DNA of 64,000 nt, taken from assembly GCA_051362555.1 (NCBI GenBank), contig CM120645.1:4464001-4528000 (forward strand), written 5' to 3'. Positions within the stretch are counted from its first letter, which is position 1, and the number at the start of each line of letters is the position of its first letter. A model generated the notes under the pieces. It had not been told where the DNA came from and searched no databases. It was given only the letters and a program-made list of their open reading frames with translations. The position numbers were made by a program, and so were the translations under genes. Below are positions 33,019 to 50,591 of the stretch, in pieces. The stretch comes from Lingula anatina. Its lineage: Eukaryota > Animalia > Brachiopoda.

Positions 33019-33874
33019 ATGTTTGTATCACGATTTAATCTCCGAAAAAAATTCTGATACCGATAAATAACATTGATGCCATAGAAATTTTAATTTTTAA
33101 GTTTCATTCACGGCAAAATTTAGATCATACTCTCAAGAATTACGAAGACAGAAAAAGGGTGACGAAGGGTAAACCCACTATATGACAAATACTGTATAGC
33201 CAGTTTTTTTTTTTTTTTTTTCTGAAACAATACGCACTGGTGCATGTCATCTAAGTACTTGTATCACATATTTTTTATAGTCATTCAGTGGGTGTGGGTG
33301 TTTTTGAACTATGCCAATTTTGTATAAGGAGGGGTACCTAACCTGGAGCATCTACTTACGTTAGGTTCCTTTTATTTTTCATTAGCAAGGCAACATATTC
33401 TAAGAATGACTACAGATTTCGAGAAATATATGATTCTACAATTCAGTTAGATATGCATTCTATCTATTTTATCCACTGACACTGTTCGGTCGAAAGGTCA
33501 AATATATAAATTATTGCTGTTTACGTAAACGTTAACCAGGAAAATGTCATTTATTATATAAGTCGTAAGTCCTTCAAGTACCACAATGTTTAGCTCATAG
33601 CTAAGAGAGGCTGTCACTTTTGCTATTACTGGCTACCTGTTTTTTAGCCACTCTCATATGGCTTTTTATAAACCACGACGTGTAGTAGGTAAATATAAAC
33701 TGAGGTACGGTGTCTAAAACTTAGAGAGACTGTTTTTGCAATTAACCTAGTAGTGTATACACGTTAGCACATATATTTCTGGAAAATTATAATTCTCGTT
33801 TTGTAATGGCATGCCCGTCGTCAGTCATGTTAAAATTGTCCATATTTTAAGATTATATACCTATATATATATTC

Positions 33875-33915
<41 letters not shown>

Positions 33916-35134
33916 CCATATATATATATCCCAGATCTATCGAGCAACTATTTTTTTTTTAATTCTTAGTAGCAAATGCCAATTACAAAGACAAAATTAA
34001 CACATACTGTAATATACATATACAATAAATGTAATAAAATGGATATTGTATTAATGTAACTTTCATTTTTCTATGAATAGAATACAAGGGAAATAGCAAT
34101 ATTTATTGCCATTGAGGTATATTATGTGCAGATTACTGCATGAGAATGAAGGAGAAGCGGTGAACTTAACCCAACCAAATCAGGGCTTCATGAGAGCCAG
34201 TGCTCTAAAGTTTTTTTTCCCATAGGCAACTAACCAGAATAAGTCCAACATTTTTCTTTAAAGTTTTTACAAACATCATTGTAGCGTTTTGGCATTCTAA
34301 TCATCTCCTGATAATCGAAATCTGCAATGCAATGAATGACATGCTAACTCGACTATGCCTAGTACTTCTCAGTTACCGTTGTAAGTTCGTTTTTCGTTTT
34401 TTTAATTCACCTATCAATCATTAAAACAAACGCATTTGACACTACCACTCGTTTTTCTTCTTTTTATCATTTAAAGATGAAATCTATACCCAGAAGTACC
34501 CAACAAGCATTTTGTGATACTTGATGAAAGATCCATGATAACCAATCTCAAAAACAAAAAGTAGTGTAACTACTTGTTAGATAGGACAGCGTGTCTCTGT
34601 GTGCGACAAAAGATTCAATTTATTAAAATATATATATATTTTGAAATATGAATCCCATATGAACAGTTGTTATCCCTTTAAAGGTTCCTTTTCAACAATT
34701 CTATATAAGGCTATTCTCAGACGCCTATGCTGAGGTGACCCTCATTACCCGATAGACAAGGGTAAGATCACGTCAACAATGCAGCGCAATGATGCGTTTA
34801 TTTACCTATAGCAGATGTGCTTTGAAGGTATGCTTAAGATTGACTTTTCCACCATCATATCGCCGGCTAATTGACCAGGCCGGACAGAAAGCGGACTGTA
34901 GACGAAGACGCTAATGTGAAGATACCAGATTTCACAAAACTGTTACATGCCGTTGCTAGAAAAACCCGACAACAACATGTTAGTCCGCGGTTCAAATTGC
35001 TCTAAATGCGCCCATAGACAGCATGAAACTGAAAAAACTGTTCCAACTCAATCAGTGTAAAATCATGTATTTAGCAACGTTCTTCTGTAATAATAAAGGA
35101 ATGCTTTCATGCGCCTATACATGTAGGTCAGAAA

Positions 35135-35421
35135 AGGTTAACTTAGAAGTGATTAGTTTTTGGTGGTGATCCAGATCAATAATCAATCAAAAATAAAAAA
35201 AACTAAGTTATGGACCGATTTTGATGAAATTTTCAGGAAATGTCAGAAGTGGGCTAAGGAAGAGATGATTAATTTTTGGTGGTGATCCAGATCAATAATC
35301 AATCAATAATCAAAAATCAAAAAAATAAATCATTATAGAATGAAACTTTAGGGGTGAATCGGCATTGGGTGAAAACTTTGCTGCCTTGGCGGAGGTCTGC
35401 GCTCTCGGAGTGCTTTTCTAG
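35135..35421 (+). mobile_element. Non-autonomous Helitron/Helentron-like fragment; related copies at ~50-195 and ~39293-39592
   Basis: Repeated TTTTTGGTGGTGATCCAGATC units and a 3' end CCTTGGCGGAGGTCTGCGCTCTCGGAGTGCTTTTCTAG (short hairpin then CTAG). Confidence 0.6.
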
Positions 35422-35923
35422 TTTCAGTCTTGAATCAGTCACGAAGATATGGTCATAATCCAAGCCACGTATTCTGGTATCATTGGATACTAATGTATCT
35501 GTATTCTATTTGAAGAATAAATGACACCACCTCTGCCATACCATGAATTTGCTTCCAAGAAAGTATTTCATGAAAATAGCGATGCCAATGGACTTGCTTG
35601 AATATCAAATCATTGGTGATGCTTGCCAGGCAATGACAAACACGTTGTCTCTCGACTTTTTACTTTCTTAATAAGTATAGATTCATTTAACGTGCAGTCT
35701 GGCGTCACATCTGAGATGGGCGGTGGGACATTAAAGACACTGGCTCTGAAGGTAACGGATATATGCAACTATTTTTGTATTTTTGATGCAGTGTATTCTG
35801 AATATTAGGGAAAAAGCAAAAGTACCGTGCTGACCGGAGGAGGGTTGTATTCGTCTTGACGAGGAAGGGATTGGTGGTATAAGCATTCCGCCATGAAGTG
35901 AACTTGGTCCATATTCTAACACG

Positions 35924-36973
35924 ATGGAAACTTCGTTGCGTTTATGCAGTGGTTTACTAGTGGAGTGTAATCAGACCTTAAATGCGGACAGTTTTAATGG
36001 AACAACAGAAAAAATCCCAACGCACGGAAAAACGGGTTTCAACTTATACACTTTTTGTGTCTCAGGAGTACTCAACGCTTTGATTTGCACGCTGGGTTTC
36101 ATTTTCAACATTTTGTCGTTTTTAGTATTCAAAAAAGGAAAAACACAAACATCAAATGCATATTTGTTGTCATGGGTTGCAGTCACGGACAATATTGTTC
36201 TCCTTACCTCGACCATCATTACTGTTCTGCCAGCTTTCCATGTATATTACGGATGGTTGGAATGGTACTTTACTTACAGTCAGAAATATACCAAGTTCGT
36301 TTTTCCAATATATCGCAGTGCAAGGCAGATGTCCCTGTATTTTCTTATCATGGTGGCTTATGACAGATATTTAGCCAAGCCTATTAAAAGCTTGAAGACC
36401 CGTTCTATGTCAAAGTGGAAGTGCCGATCACACGTAATGATAGTAGGGGTTTTATTGTACAGCATTCCAAAGTTCTTTGATCATGAATTTGTAGGTTATG
36501 CGCCTTGTCCAACTCACTCGGATGGTATTTGTCAAAAGATTGAAATCAAGGACTGGGGAAAGCATTATAAAGTGATGTGCCAAATAATACCCACGGTAGT
36601 TCTGGAACTTTTTGGACCAGCTGTGATCAACACAATGCTGTATGTTAAAATTCGAGCAGTTGTGAGGAAAAACGAGGAATCTCGCTCCAAAATGATTCTG
36701 CCGGCGCGAAACAATCGATCGAATAAACTTATAAAGGTCATCACCACTCTTTTGGTATTTTACTTGCTGTCTGTAATACCTCTGTCTGTTTATTTCCCAT
36801 TATATTTTTTGCGAGACCAGATTGCAGATTTCGGGTTCCATTATGCCCTGGATGCCATGACGGCACCAATGCTGTGTTTAAGTGCTATGAACGCAGCAGT
36901 CAACTTTTTTGTCTACGGAATCATAGGTTCAGCCTTTAGACGCGACATGAGGGATCTCCTATGTCTTAAATAA
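35924..36973 (+). CDS. GPCR copy 2 (349 aa; 2-aa in-frame deletion after DRY)
   Basis: Close paralogue of copy 1; YDRYLAKP versus YDRYLALAKP. Confidence 0.86.
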   Translation: METSLRLCSGLLVECNQTLNADSFNGTTEKIPTHGKTGFNLYTFCVSGVLNALICTLGFIFNILSFLVFKKGKTQTSNAYLLSWVAVTDNIVLLTSTIITVLPAFHVYYGWLEWYFTYSQKYTKFVFPIYRSARQMSLYFLIMVAYDRYLAKPIKSLKTRSMSKWKCRSHVMIVGVLLYSIPKFFDHEFVGYAPCPTHSDGICQKIEIKDWGKHYKVMCQIIPTVVLELFGPAVINTMLYVKIRAVVRKNEESRSKMILPARNNRSNKLIKVITTLLVFYLLSVIPLSVYFPLYFLRDQIADFGFHYALDAMTAPMLCLSAMNAAVNFFVYGIIGSAFRRDMRDLLCLK

Positions 36974-37127
36974 GGTCATGGGTTTTTGCAGTATTATATC
37001 AGCATACAATTTCTGAGAGACATTAAACTTTTATATAATTGCAGGCTAAGATTTCCTTTGAAATAACAAGCTTAAGGAGAGTAAGCAGAAATGTGAGTAG
37101 TTTGCAAATTTATGCTTAATCAAGGTT

Positions 37128-37160
<33 letters not shown>

Positions 37161-37977
37161 ATGTTTGTATCATGATTTAATGTCCGAATAAAATTCTGAT
37201 GCCGATAAATAACATTGATGCCATAGAAATTTTAATTTTTAAGTTTCATTCACGGCAAAATTTGAATCATACTCTCAAGAATTACGAAGACAGAAAAAGG
37301 GTGACGAAGGGAAAACCCACTATATGACAAATACTGTTTAGCCAGTTTTTTTTTTTTTTTTTTTTTTTTTCTGAAACAATACGCACTGGTGCATGTCATC
37401 TAAGTACTTGTATCACATATTTCTTATAGTCATTCAGTGGGTGTGGGTGTTTTTGAACTATGCCAATATTGTATAAGGAGGGGTACCTGACCTGGAGCAT
37501 CTACTTGTGTTAGGTTCCTTTTATTTTACATTAGCAAGGCAACATATCCTAAGAATGGCTACTGATTTCGTGAAATGTATGATTCTTCAATTCAGTTAGA
37601 TATGCACTATCGGTCGAAAGGTCAAATATATAAATTATTGCTGTTTACGTCAACGTTAACCAGGAATATGTCATTGATTATATATATATATATATATATA
37701 TAAGTCGTAAGTCCTTTGTACCACAGTGCTTAGCTCATAGCTAACAGAGGCTGACGCTCTTGCTATTACTGGCTACCTGTATTTTAGCCACTCTCATATG
37801 GCTATTTATAAGCCATGACGTGTAGTAGGTAAATATAAAGTACGGTGTCGAGAACTTAGAAAGGCTGTTTTTGCAATTAACCTAGTAGTGTATACACGTT
37901 AGCACATATATTTTCAAGAAAATTATAATTCTCGTTTTGTAATGACATGCCCGTCATCAGTCATGTTAAAATTGTCC

Positions 37978-38057
<80 letters not shown>

Positions 38058-40102
38058 AGATCTATCGATATATATATATCCCAGATCTATCGAGCAACGG
38101 TTTTTTTTTTAATTCTTAGTAGCAAATGCCAATTACGAAGACAAAATTAACACATACTGTAATATACATATACAGTAAATGTAATAAAATGGATATTGTA
38201 TTAATGTAACTTTCATTTTTCGGTGAATAGAATACAAGGGAAATAGCAATATTTATTACCACTGAGGTATATTAAGTGCAGATTACTGCATGAGAATGAA
38301 GGAGAAGCGGTAAACTTAACCCAACCAAATCAGGGCTTCATGAGAGCACGTGCTCTAAAGTTTTTTTTTCCATAGGCAACTAACCAGAATAAGTCCAACA
38401 TTTTTCTTTAAAAATTTTACAAACATCATTGTAGTGTTTTGGCATTCTAATCATCTCCTGATAATCGAAATCTGCAATGCAATGTATGACATGCTAACTC
38501 GACTATACCTAGTACATCTCAGTTACCGTTGTAAGTTCGTTTTTCGTTTTTAATTCTCCTATCGATCATTAAAACAAACTCATTTGACACTGCAACTCGT
38601 ATTTCTTCTTTTTTTACTAATTTTATCATTTAAAGATGAAATCTATATCCAGAAGAACCCAACAAGCATTTTGTGATACTTGATGAAAGATCCATGATAA
38701 CCAATCTCAAAAACAGAAAGTAGTGTAACTACTTTTTAGATAGGACAGCGTGTCCCTGTGTGCGACAAAAGATTCAATTTATTACAATATATTTATTGTG
38801 AAATATGAATCCCATATGAACAGTTGTTATCCCTTTAAAGGTTCCTTTTCAACAATTCTACATAAGGCTATTCTCAGACGCCTATGCTGAGGTGACCCTC
38901 ATTACCCGATAGACAAGGGTGAGATCCACGTCAACAATGCAGCGCAATTATGAGTTCATTTACCTATAGCAGATGTGCTTTGAAGGTACGCTTAAGATTG
39001 GCTTTTCCACCATCTAATCGCCGGCTAATTAATCAGGCCAGACAGAAAACGGGCTGTAGACGAAGACACTAATTTGAAGATACCAGATTTCACAAAACTG
39101 TTACATGCCGTTGCTAGAAAAAACCGAGAACAACCTGTTAGTCCGCGGTTCAAATTGTTCAAAATGCGCCCATAGACTGCATGAAACTGAAAAAACTGTT
39201 CCAACTCAATCAGTGTAAAATTATGTATTTAGCAACGTTCTTCTGTAATAATAAAGGGATGCTTTTATGCGCCTATACATGTAGGTCAGAAATAGGTTAA
39301 CTTAGAAGTGATTAGTTTTTGGTGGTGATCCGAATCAATAATCAATCAATAATAAAAAAAACTAAGTTATGGACCGATTTTGATGAAATTTTCAGGAACT
39401 GTCAGAAGTGGGCCAAGGAACAGATGATTAATTTTTGATGGTGATCCAGATCAATAATCAATCAATAATCAATAATCAAAAATTAAAAAAAAAAACTAAA
39501 TCATTATAGAATGAAAATTTAGGGGTGAAACGGCATTGGGTGGAGACTTTGCTGCCTTGGGGGAGGTCTGCACTCTCGGAGTGCTTTTCTAGTTTCAGTC
39601 TTGAATCAGTCACGAAGATATGGCCATAATCCAAGCCACGTATTCTGGTATCATTGGATACTAAAGGGCAGTGCTGCAATGTATCTGTTTTCTGTTTGAA
39701 GAATAAATGACACCACCTCTGCCATACCATGAATTTGCTTCCAAGAAAGTATTTCATAAAAAAATAGCGATGTCAATGGACTTGCTTGAATATCAAATCA
39801 TTGGTGATGCTTGCCAGGCAATGACAAACACGCTGTCTCTCGACTTATTACTTTCTTAATAAGTACAGATTCATTTAACGTGCAGTCTGGCGTCACATCT
39901 GAGATGGGCGGTGGGACATTAAAGACACTGGCTCCGAAGGTAACGAATATATGCAACTATTTTCGCATTTGCTGTACAGTGTATTCTGAATATTAGGTAA
40001 AAAGTGCCGTGCTGACAGGAGGACGGTTGTAATCGTCTTGACGAGGAAGGGATTGGTGGTATACGCATTTCGTCATGAATTGAACTTGGTCCATATTCTA
40101 AC

Positions 40103-41157
40103 ATGATGGAAACTTCGTTGCGTTTATGCAGTGGTTTACTAGTGGAGTGTAATCAGACCTTAAATGCGGACAGTTTTAATGGAACAACAGAAAAAATCCC
40201 AACGCACGGAAAAACGGGTTTCAACTTATACACTTTTTGTGTCTCAGGTGTACTCAACGGTTTGATTTGCACCGTTTCATTTTCAACATTTTGTCGTTTT
40301 TAGTATTCAAAAAAGGAAAAACACAAACATCAAATGCATATTTGTTGTCATGGGTTGCAGTCACGGACAATATTCTTCTCCTTACCTCGGCCATCATGAC
40401 TGTTCTGCCAGCTTTCCATGTATATTACGGATGGTTGGAATGGTACTTTACTTACAGTCAGAAATATACCAAGTTCGTTTTCCCAATATATCGCAGTGCA
40501 AGGCAAATGTCCCTGTATTTTCTTATCATGGTGGCTTATGACAGATATTTTGCTTTAGCCAAGCCTATTAAAAGCATGAAGACCCGTTCTGTGTCAAAGT
40601 GGAGGTGCCGATCACACGTAATGATAGTAGGGGTTTTATTATACAGCATTCCAAAGTTCTTTGATCATGAATTTGTAGGTTATGCGCCTTGTCCAACTCA
40701 TTCGGATGGTATTTGTCAAAAGACTGAAATCAAGAACTGGGGAAATGTTTATAAAGTGATGTGCCGAATAATACCCACGGTAGTTCTGGAACTTTTTGGA
40801 CCAGCTGTGATCAACACAACGCTGTACGTTAAAATTCGGGCAGCTGTGAGGAAAAACGAGGAATCTCGCTCCAAAATGATTCTGCGGTCGCGAAACAATC
40901 AATCGAATAAACTTACAAAGGTCATCACCACTCTTCTGGTATTTTACTTGCTGTCTGTAATACCTCTGTCTATTTATTTCCCATTATATTTTTTGCGAGA
41001 CCAGATTGCAGATTTCGGGTTCCATTATGCCCTGGATGCCATGACGGCACCAATGCTGTGTTTAAGTGCTATGAACGCAGCAGTCAACTTTTTTGTCTAC
41101 GGAATCGTAGGTTCAGCCTTTAGACGCGACATGAGGGATCTTTTATGTCTTAAATAA
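40103..41157 (+). pseudogene. GPCR copy 3, frameshifted in TM1
   Basis: TGCACCGTTTCATT at ~40268-40281 versus TGCACGCTGGGTTTCATT in copy 2, a net 4-bp loss; the ORF track splits into 66-aa and 306-aa frames. Confidence 0.85.
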
Positions 41158-41306
41158 GGCCATGGGTTTTTGCAGTATTATATCAGCATACAATTTCTGA
41201 GAGAAACGAAACATTTTTTGATAATTGCAGGCTAAGATTTCCTTTGAAATAAGAAGTTTAAGGAGAGTAAGCAGAAATGTGAGTAGCTTGCAGATTTATG
41301 CTTAAT

Positions 41307-41360
<54 letters not shown>

Positions 41361-42053
41361 TGATTTAATGTCCTAATAAAATGCTGATACCGAAAAGTAG
41401 CGTTGATGCAATAGAAACTCTACCTTTAAGTTTTATTCACGGAAAAATTCAGATCATACTCTTAAGATTTACGAAGACAGAAAAAGGGTGACGAAGGGTA
41501 AACCCACTATATGACAAATACTGTATAGCTAGTTTTTCTTGTTCTGAAACAATACGCACTGGCGCATGTGATGTAAGTGCTTGTATCACCCCTTTTTATT
41601 GTCATTTTGTGAGTGTGGGTGTTTTTGAAATATTAGTCTTTATAAAGTGACAACTATGCCAATTTTGCATAAAGAGGGGTACCTGACCTGAGGCATCTAC
41701 TTGCGTAAGGTATCTTTTATTTTACATTAGCAAAGCAAAATACAGGGTATTCTAAGAATGACTACTGATTTCGAGAAACATATGATACTACAATTCAGTT
41801 AGATATGCATTCTATCTATTTTATCCATTGACACTGTTCGGTCGAAAGGTCAAATATATAAATAAGTGGTGTATACGTCAACGTAAACCAGGAAAATGTT
41901 ATTGATTATATAAGTTATAACTCCTTCAAGCACCACAATGAGAGACTGTCGTATTCCAATAAATGTCTATTTGCTTTTTAGCCACTTTCATATGGCTATT
42001 TATAAGCCACGAAGTGTAAATGTTAATTTAGGCACGGTGTTTAGAACTCAGAA

Positions 42054-42086
<33 letters not shown>

Positions 42087-44800
42087 AATTTACTTAATAG
42101 TGTACACGTTAGCACATATATTTTCAAGAAAATTATAATTCTCGTTTTGTAATGGCGTGGCCGTCAAAAGTAATGTTTAAATTGTTTATCTTAGGAATTT
42201 TTTCAGCGTTAAGTTCACTGCTTCTCCATTTTCATGCAGTAATCTGCACTTAATATACCTTAATGGTTGCGTAATAAATATTTCCCTTGTATTTCATTCA
42301 TAGAAAAATGAAAGTTACATTAATACAATATCCATTATATTACATTTACTGCATAATCTCTCAAGAGATTATTACGAAGATAAACCCATCTATAAAGGTC
42401 CACTTGGTCTTATGGCAAGCACAGATTCCAGATTTTTTTTTTTTCGTCCTGTGAGTTGGCATGGGATGTAGTATTCCTTGCAATGAAATAAGCGTTTCTC
42501 TTTCGCCTTCTGACATACATGAAGATGTAATTTTGGTAACGATTAAATGTTTGGATTATAATACATTATATTATGGCGTCGATTAAAATTAAGACAAATG
42601 ATGCTTGGTGTCATCTATGTGAATAAGTAAATGGCATGAGCGAAGGTAGGGTATATATAGTGTTGTAACGATGTCAATAGTGTGTCCTCCACAAGAATAA
42701 ATATATAAACTTGTGATTTCTTCTGGAAGATACAAGTTTGAGGATCAACAGTTGTTTACATTTTTGTTTCCAGCAATGTGAAAGTTTAATGACAGCAAAT
42801 CAAAATCTATAAGGTCAAAGGCCCCATCTTATTACATGTAGGCCTATCTGCCTGGGTAGATCTTTTTTTCAGAAAATCTACTCTCAAAAGACAAACAAGT
42901 TTAAGGGTCAATGTGACGTCGCATCGCTGAATATTGTCAAAACAAAAATAACTTCTTTCATACTAAGCACATATTTAAAATACTGCTGTGTTAGAATCAG
43001 ATTTTGTCGAATGCCAAGGCAGGTGTGACAGGAATGGTAGGCCGCTAGGAGCCGTAGTCCGCTCCCCATTACTATGAACAGGCGACATTCCTCCCACATA
43101 CTAACCCCAATATTGTGACTAACCCTAGCCTGTACAAATCACATGCATGGGACCCTGGGCTTCCATTTCTAGCACGAGTCAAGGGCAAACGATACTTCGT
43201 CATTTTTCTTATCAAATGGCTTGATATCGCTACGCATGGAGCACCAACGACGTCAAACCTGGCAGTAGGCGATATATTATGTAATTTTCCTGTCAGTCAG
43301 CTAGGGGACATGTTTTCAAATCTGTCAGTCAGCTAGGGGATCTGTTTTCAAATCTGTCAGTAAGCTAGGGGATATGTTTTCAGGCAAATTAACTGGCGAG
43401 AGCGTGGGTTTAAGCTGATCACAGGAGAGTAACATGCTGGTAACAATCTGCTAAGCTTCTTATCAGCCGGAAATCTATGATGACAGCAGAGATAAAAACC
43501 ATTACTTAACGCGACTCCTGGAGTCTTGTTGGTTTATTATATATTACCATCGTCAAGTGGTAATATCGTGATCAGCGTGCGGTTTTATAAACTTGGAACG
43601 CAGAATACATTTTCCATTTAAAGTTAAGGTATACAAATTAAAACTCACGTATATTATTCAACAGAATTGAAACGTGTCTTCAATGCACTTCTATATATTT
43701 TAAAAACGAATATTAAATTAGGCCTATATATTAAAATAATCAAGTATGTATCCCATCCTTTTAAAACAAATATATTTTGCAGAGCTTAGCCTTGATGAAT
43801 TTTATAAGAACATACTCGGTGGTCATGATAAGGCGCGCATCTAGTCGAAATCATTAAAAGTCAAAGTAATATTTGTATAACATATGAGTCAAATATTCAC
43901 TTTTTTGAGGAATTGCCCAAAATAATTCTGATACCAATAAGTCAAACCTTTTTTGTACGTAAATCTTGTAGTAGGTCTGTAATCAAAGTCATTAAAAAAT
44001 CTGACTCAAACTAGAACCCAAATTTTACATGTCATCAACATTATCCTCTATCAGGGTCACAGGTTGATTTTTCACTAGATACACACAGACATACAAAATG
44101 TGCCTATCGTTTTACAGTTAACAATGTCATGTCAAGATAAACATATTCTTAGAATATTATGACAGGTTTTCCGAAATGAATGCTGAAAGCTATTCGATGA
44201 GCATTTGTATATTTGAAAATACCTAAAGATGCTAGTTTTACCGTTGTGACTACACAGGGAGTCTTTACCTACAATAGCCATGATTTTTACTATGCCAACA
44301 AATCAATGATTTGTCAGCAAGAAGCCGTTTTTCCAAAACAAAATGCATGCACTAGTATATCGACAAAAATGTTCCTCAGAAATGTGAAAATAATCCATTA
44401 TCCCTTAGGCATTGAAACAATTTGTTACGTTTGCTACATCCACATTAACTATGAACTCTACAAAGATATCAGAGAAGACCTTTTGAAGACCATTTTAATG
44501 CATTTAATGACACTGGTCATTAGGTTAATATTTCTCATGCAAAATGAACAGATACAATTTAAGACAGAAAAAAAGTACACGCAATGATGTGGAGAAGATG
44601 TAAATTTAATACAAAACGAGAGGGATTGAAAAGGTTTTACACCAAGTTTTATTCTTTATATGTTTAAATGATCAGTAAATAACTTAAAAAAAACTTTTAT
44701 GAATTTTGATTTGTCTCTCACAGGTCATAGTCTCCCATAACACTTAGTAAAGTGGGTTTTATTTTTCAACGTGAGATGATAATAAAATCATTATTATTAT

Positions 44801-45057
44801 CAGGCCTTATAAACGGATGAGGCGTTTACTTGCACCACCCGCAGATCTTTTAGCACTAACACCCATATTTACCACCTTACTCACAACTTAACCAGCACTA
44901 CCAGAGTGGATGAGTGTTAGAGCTAAGTATCGTTACGTTGGTGCTAAATAATTGTACGGTGTGCTGGTTAATTCGTGGGTTTGGTTGTTAATATGGGCGT
45001 TTGTGCTAAAAGATCTGCAGGTAGAGCTAGTAAACGCCTATCCCGTTTATAAGCCTG
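44801..45057. mobile_element. Palindromic MITE (~257 bp)
   Basis: CAGGCCTTATAAACGG..GGCGTTTACT..GCAGATCTTTTAGCAC is mirrored by GTGCTAAAAGATCTGC..AGTAAACGCC..CCGTTTATAAGCCTG. Confidence 0.75.
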
Positions 45058-45655
45058 ATTATATATCTACACCTTGTGAACAGAGACTGGCAAGCGAGGT
45101 GAAACCTGAATGGAATCACTGTAGGGTATCTTCTGTCCCTCTGTCAAATTTCATTTCAGTACAATTAAACCATGTTTTGCGTGTCGCCTTGGTAACACTG
45201 CTTAAACGAAGTGACTGGTCCATGAGATTCCACCCATAGCGCCTAAAATATTACCATTAGCCACTTCGCGCGATTTCCCGCACTTTCTAAGAGCCGCTTT
45301 TCCTAAATTTCAGTAGCTCTCAATGAAGTTTGCACTTTTTTCCATTATTCAAGTACATTTTCTTCTTTAAATTCACAATTTAAAAGTTACAACCGAAACA
45401 AGATCAGATCCGGAATTTTCATAACCAAAAAATGAGACTTGGCCTAAAGCAGAATACAGCATGACCTCCGATTTATGAAAATGATGTAGGTCAGTCATTA
45501 ACTTGTATTGCATCATCACTATTATTACGTTACAAGTAATAACGTCATCATTACGTCACGTCAAACAACAATTGCCAAGCTATAGCTTTGAGGAAAAGGC
45601 AGACTACAATTAAGTTCAAAGTTAATACACGCAAAGTCCGAATGTGACATCTAAT

Positions 45656-50591
<4,936 letters not shown>

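Larger units (their letters stand above)
31265..42180 (+). repeat. Tandem segmental triplication, unit ~4.2 kb, each unit carrying a GPCR gene
   Basis: Homologous ATGs at 31766, 35924 and 40106 (spacings 4,158 and 4,182 bp), with repeated flanks. Confidence 0.93.
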
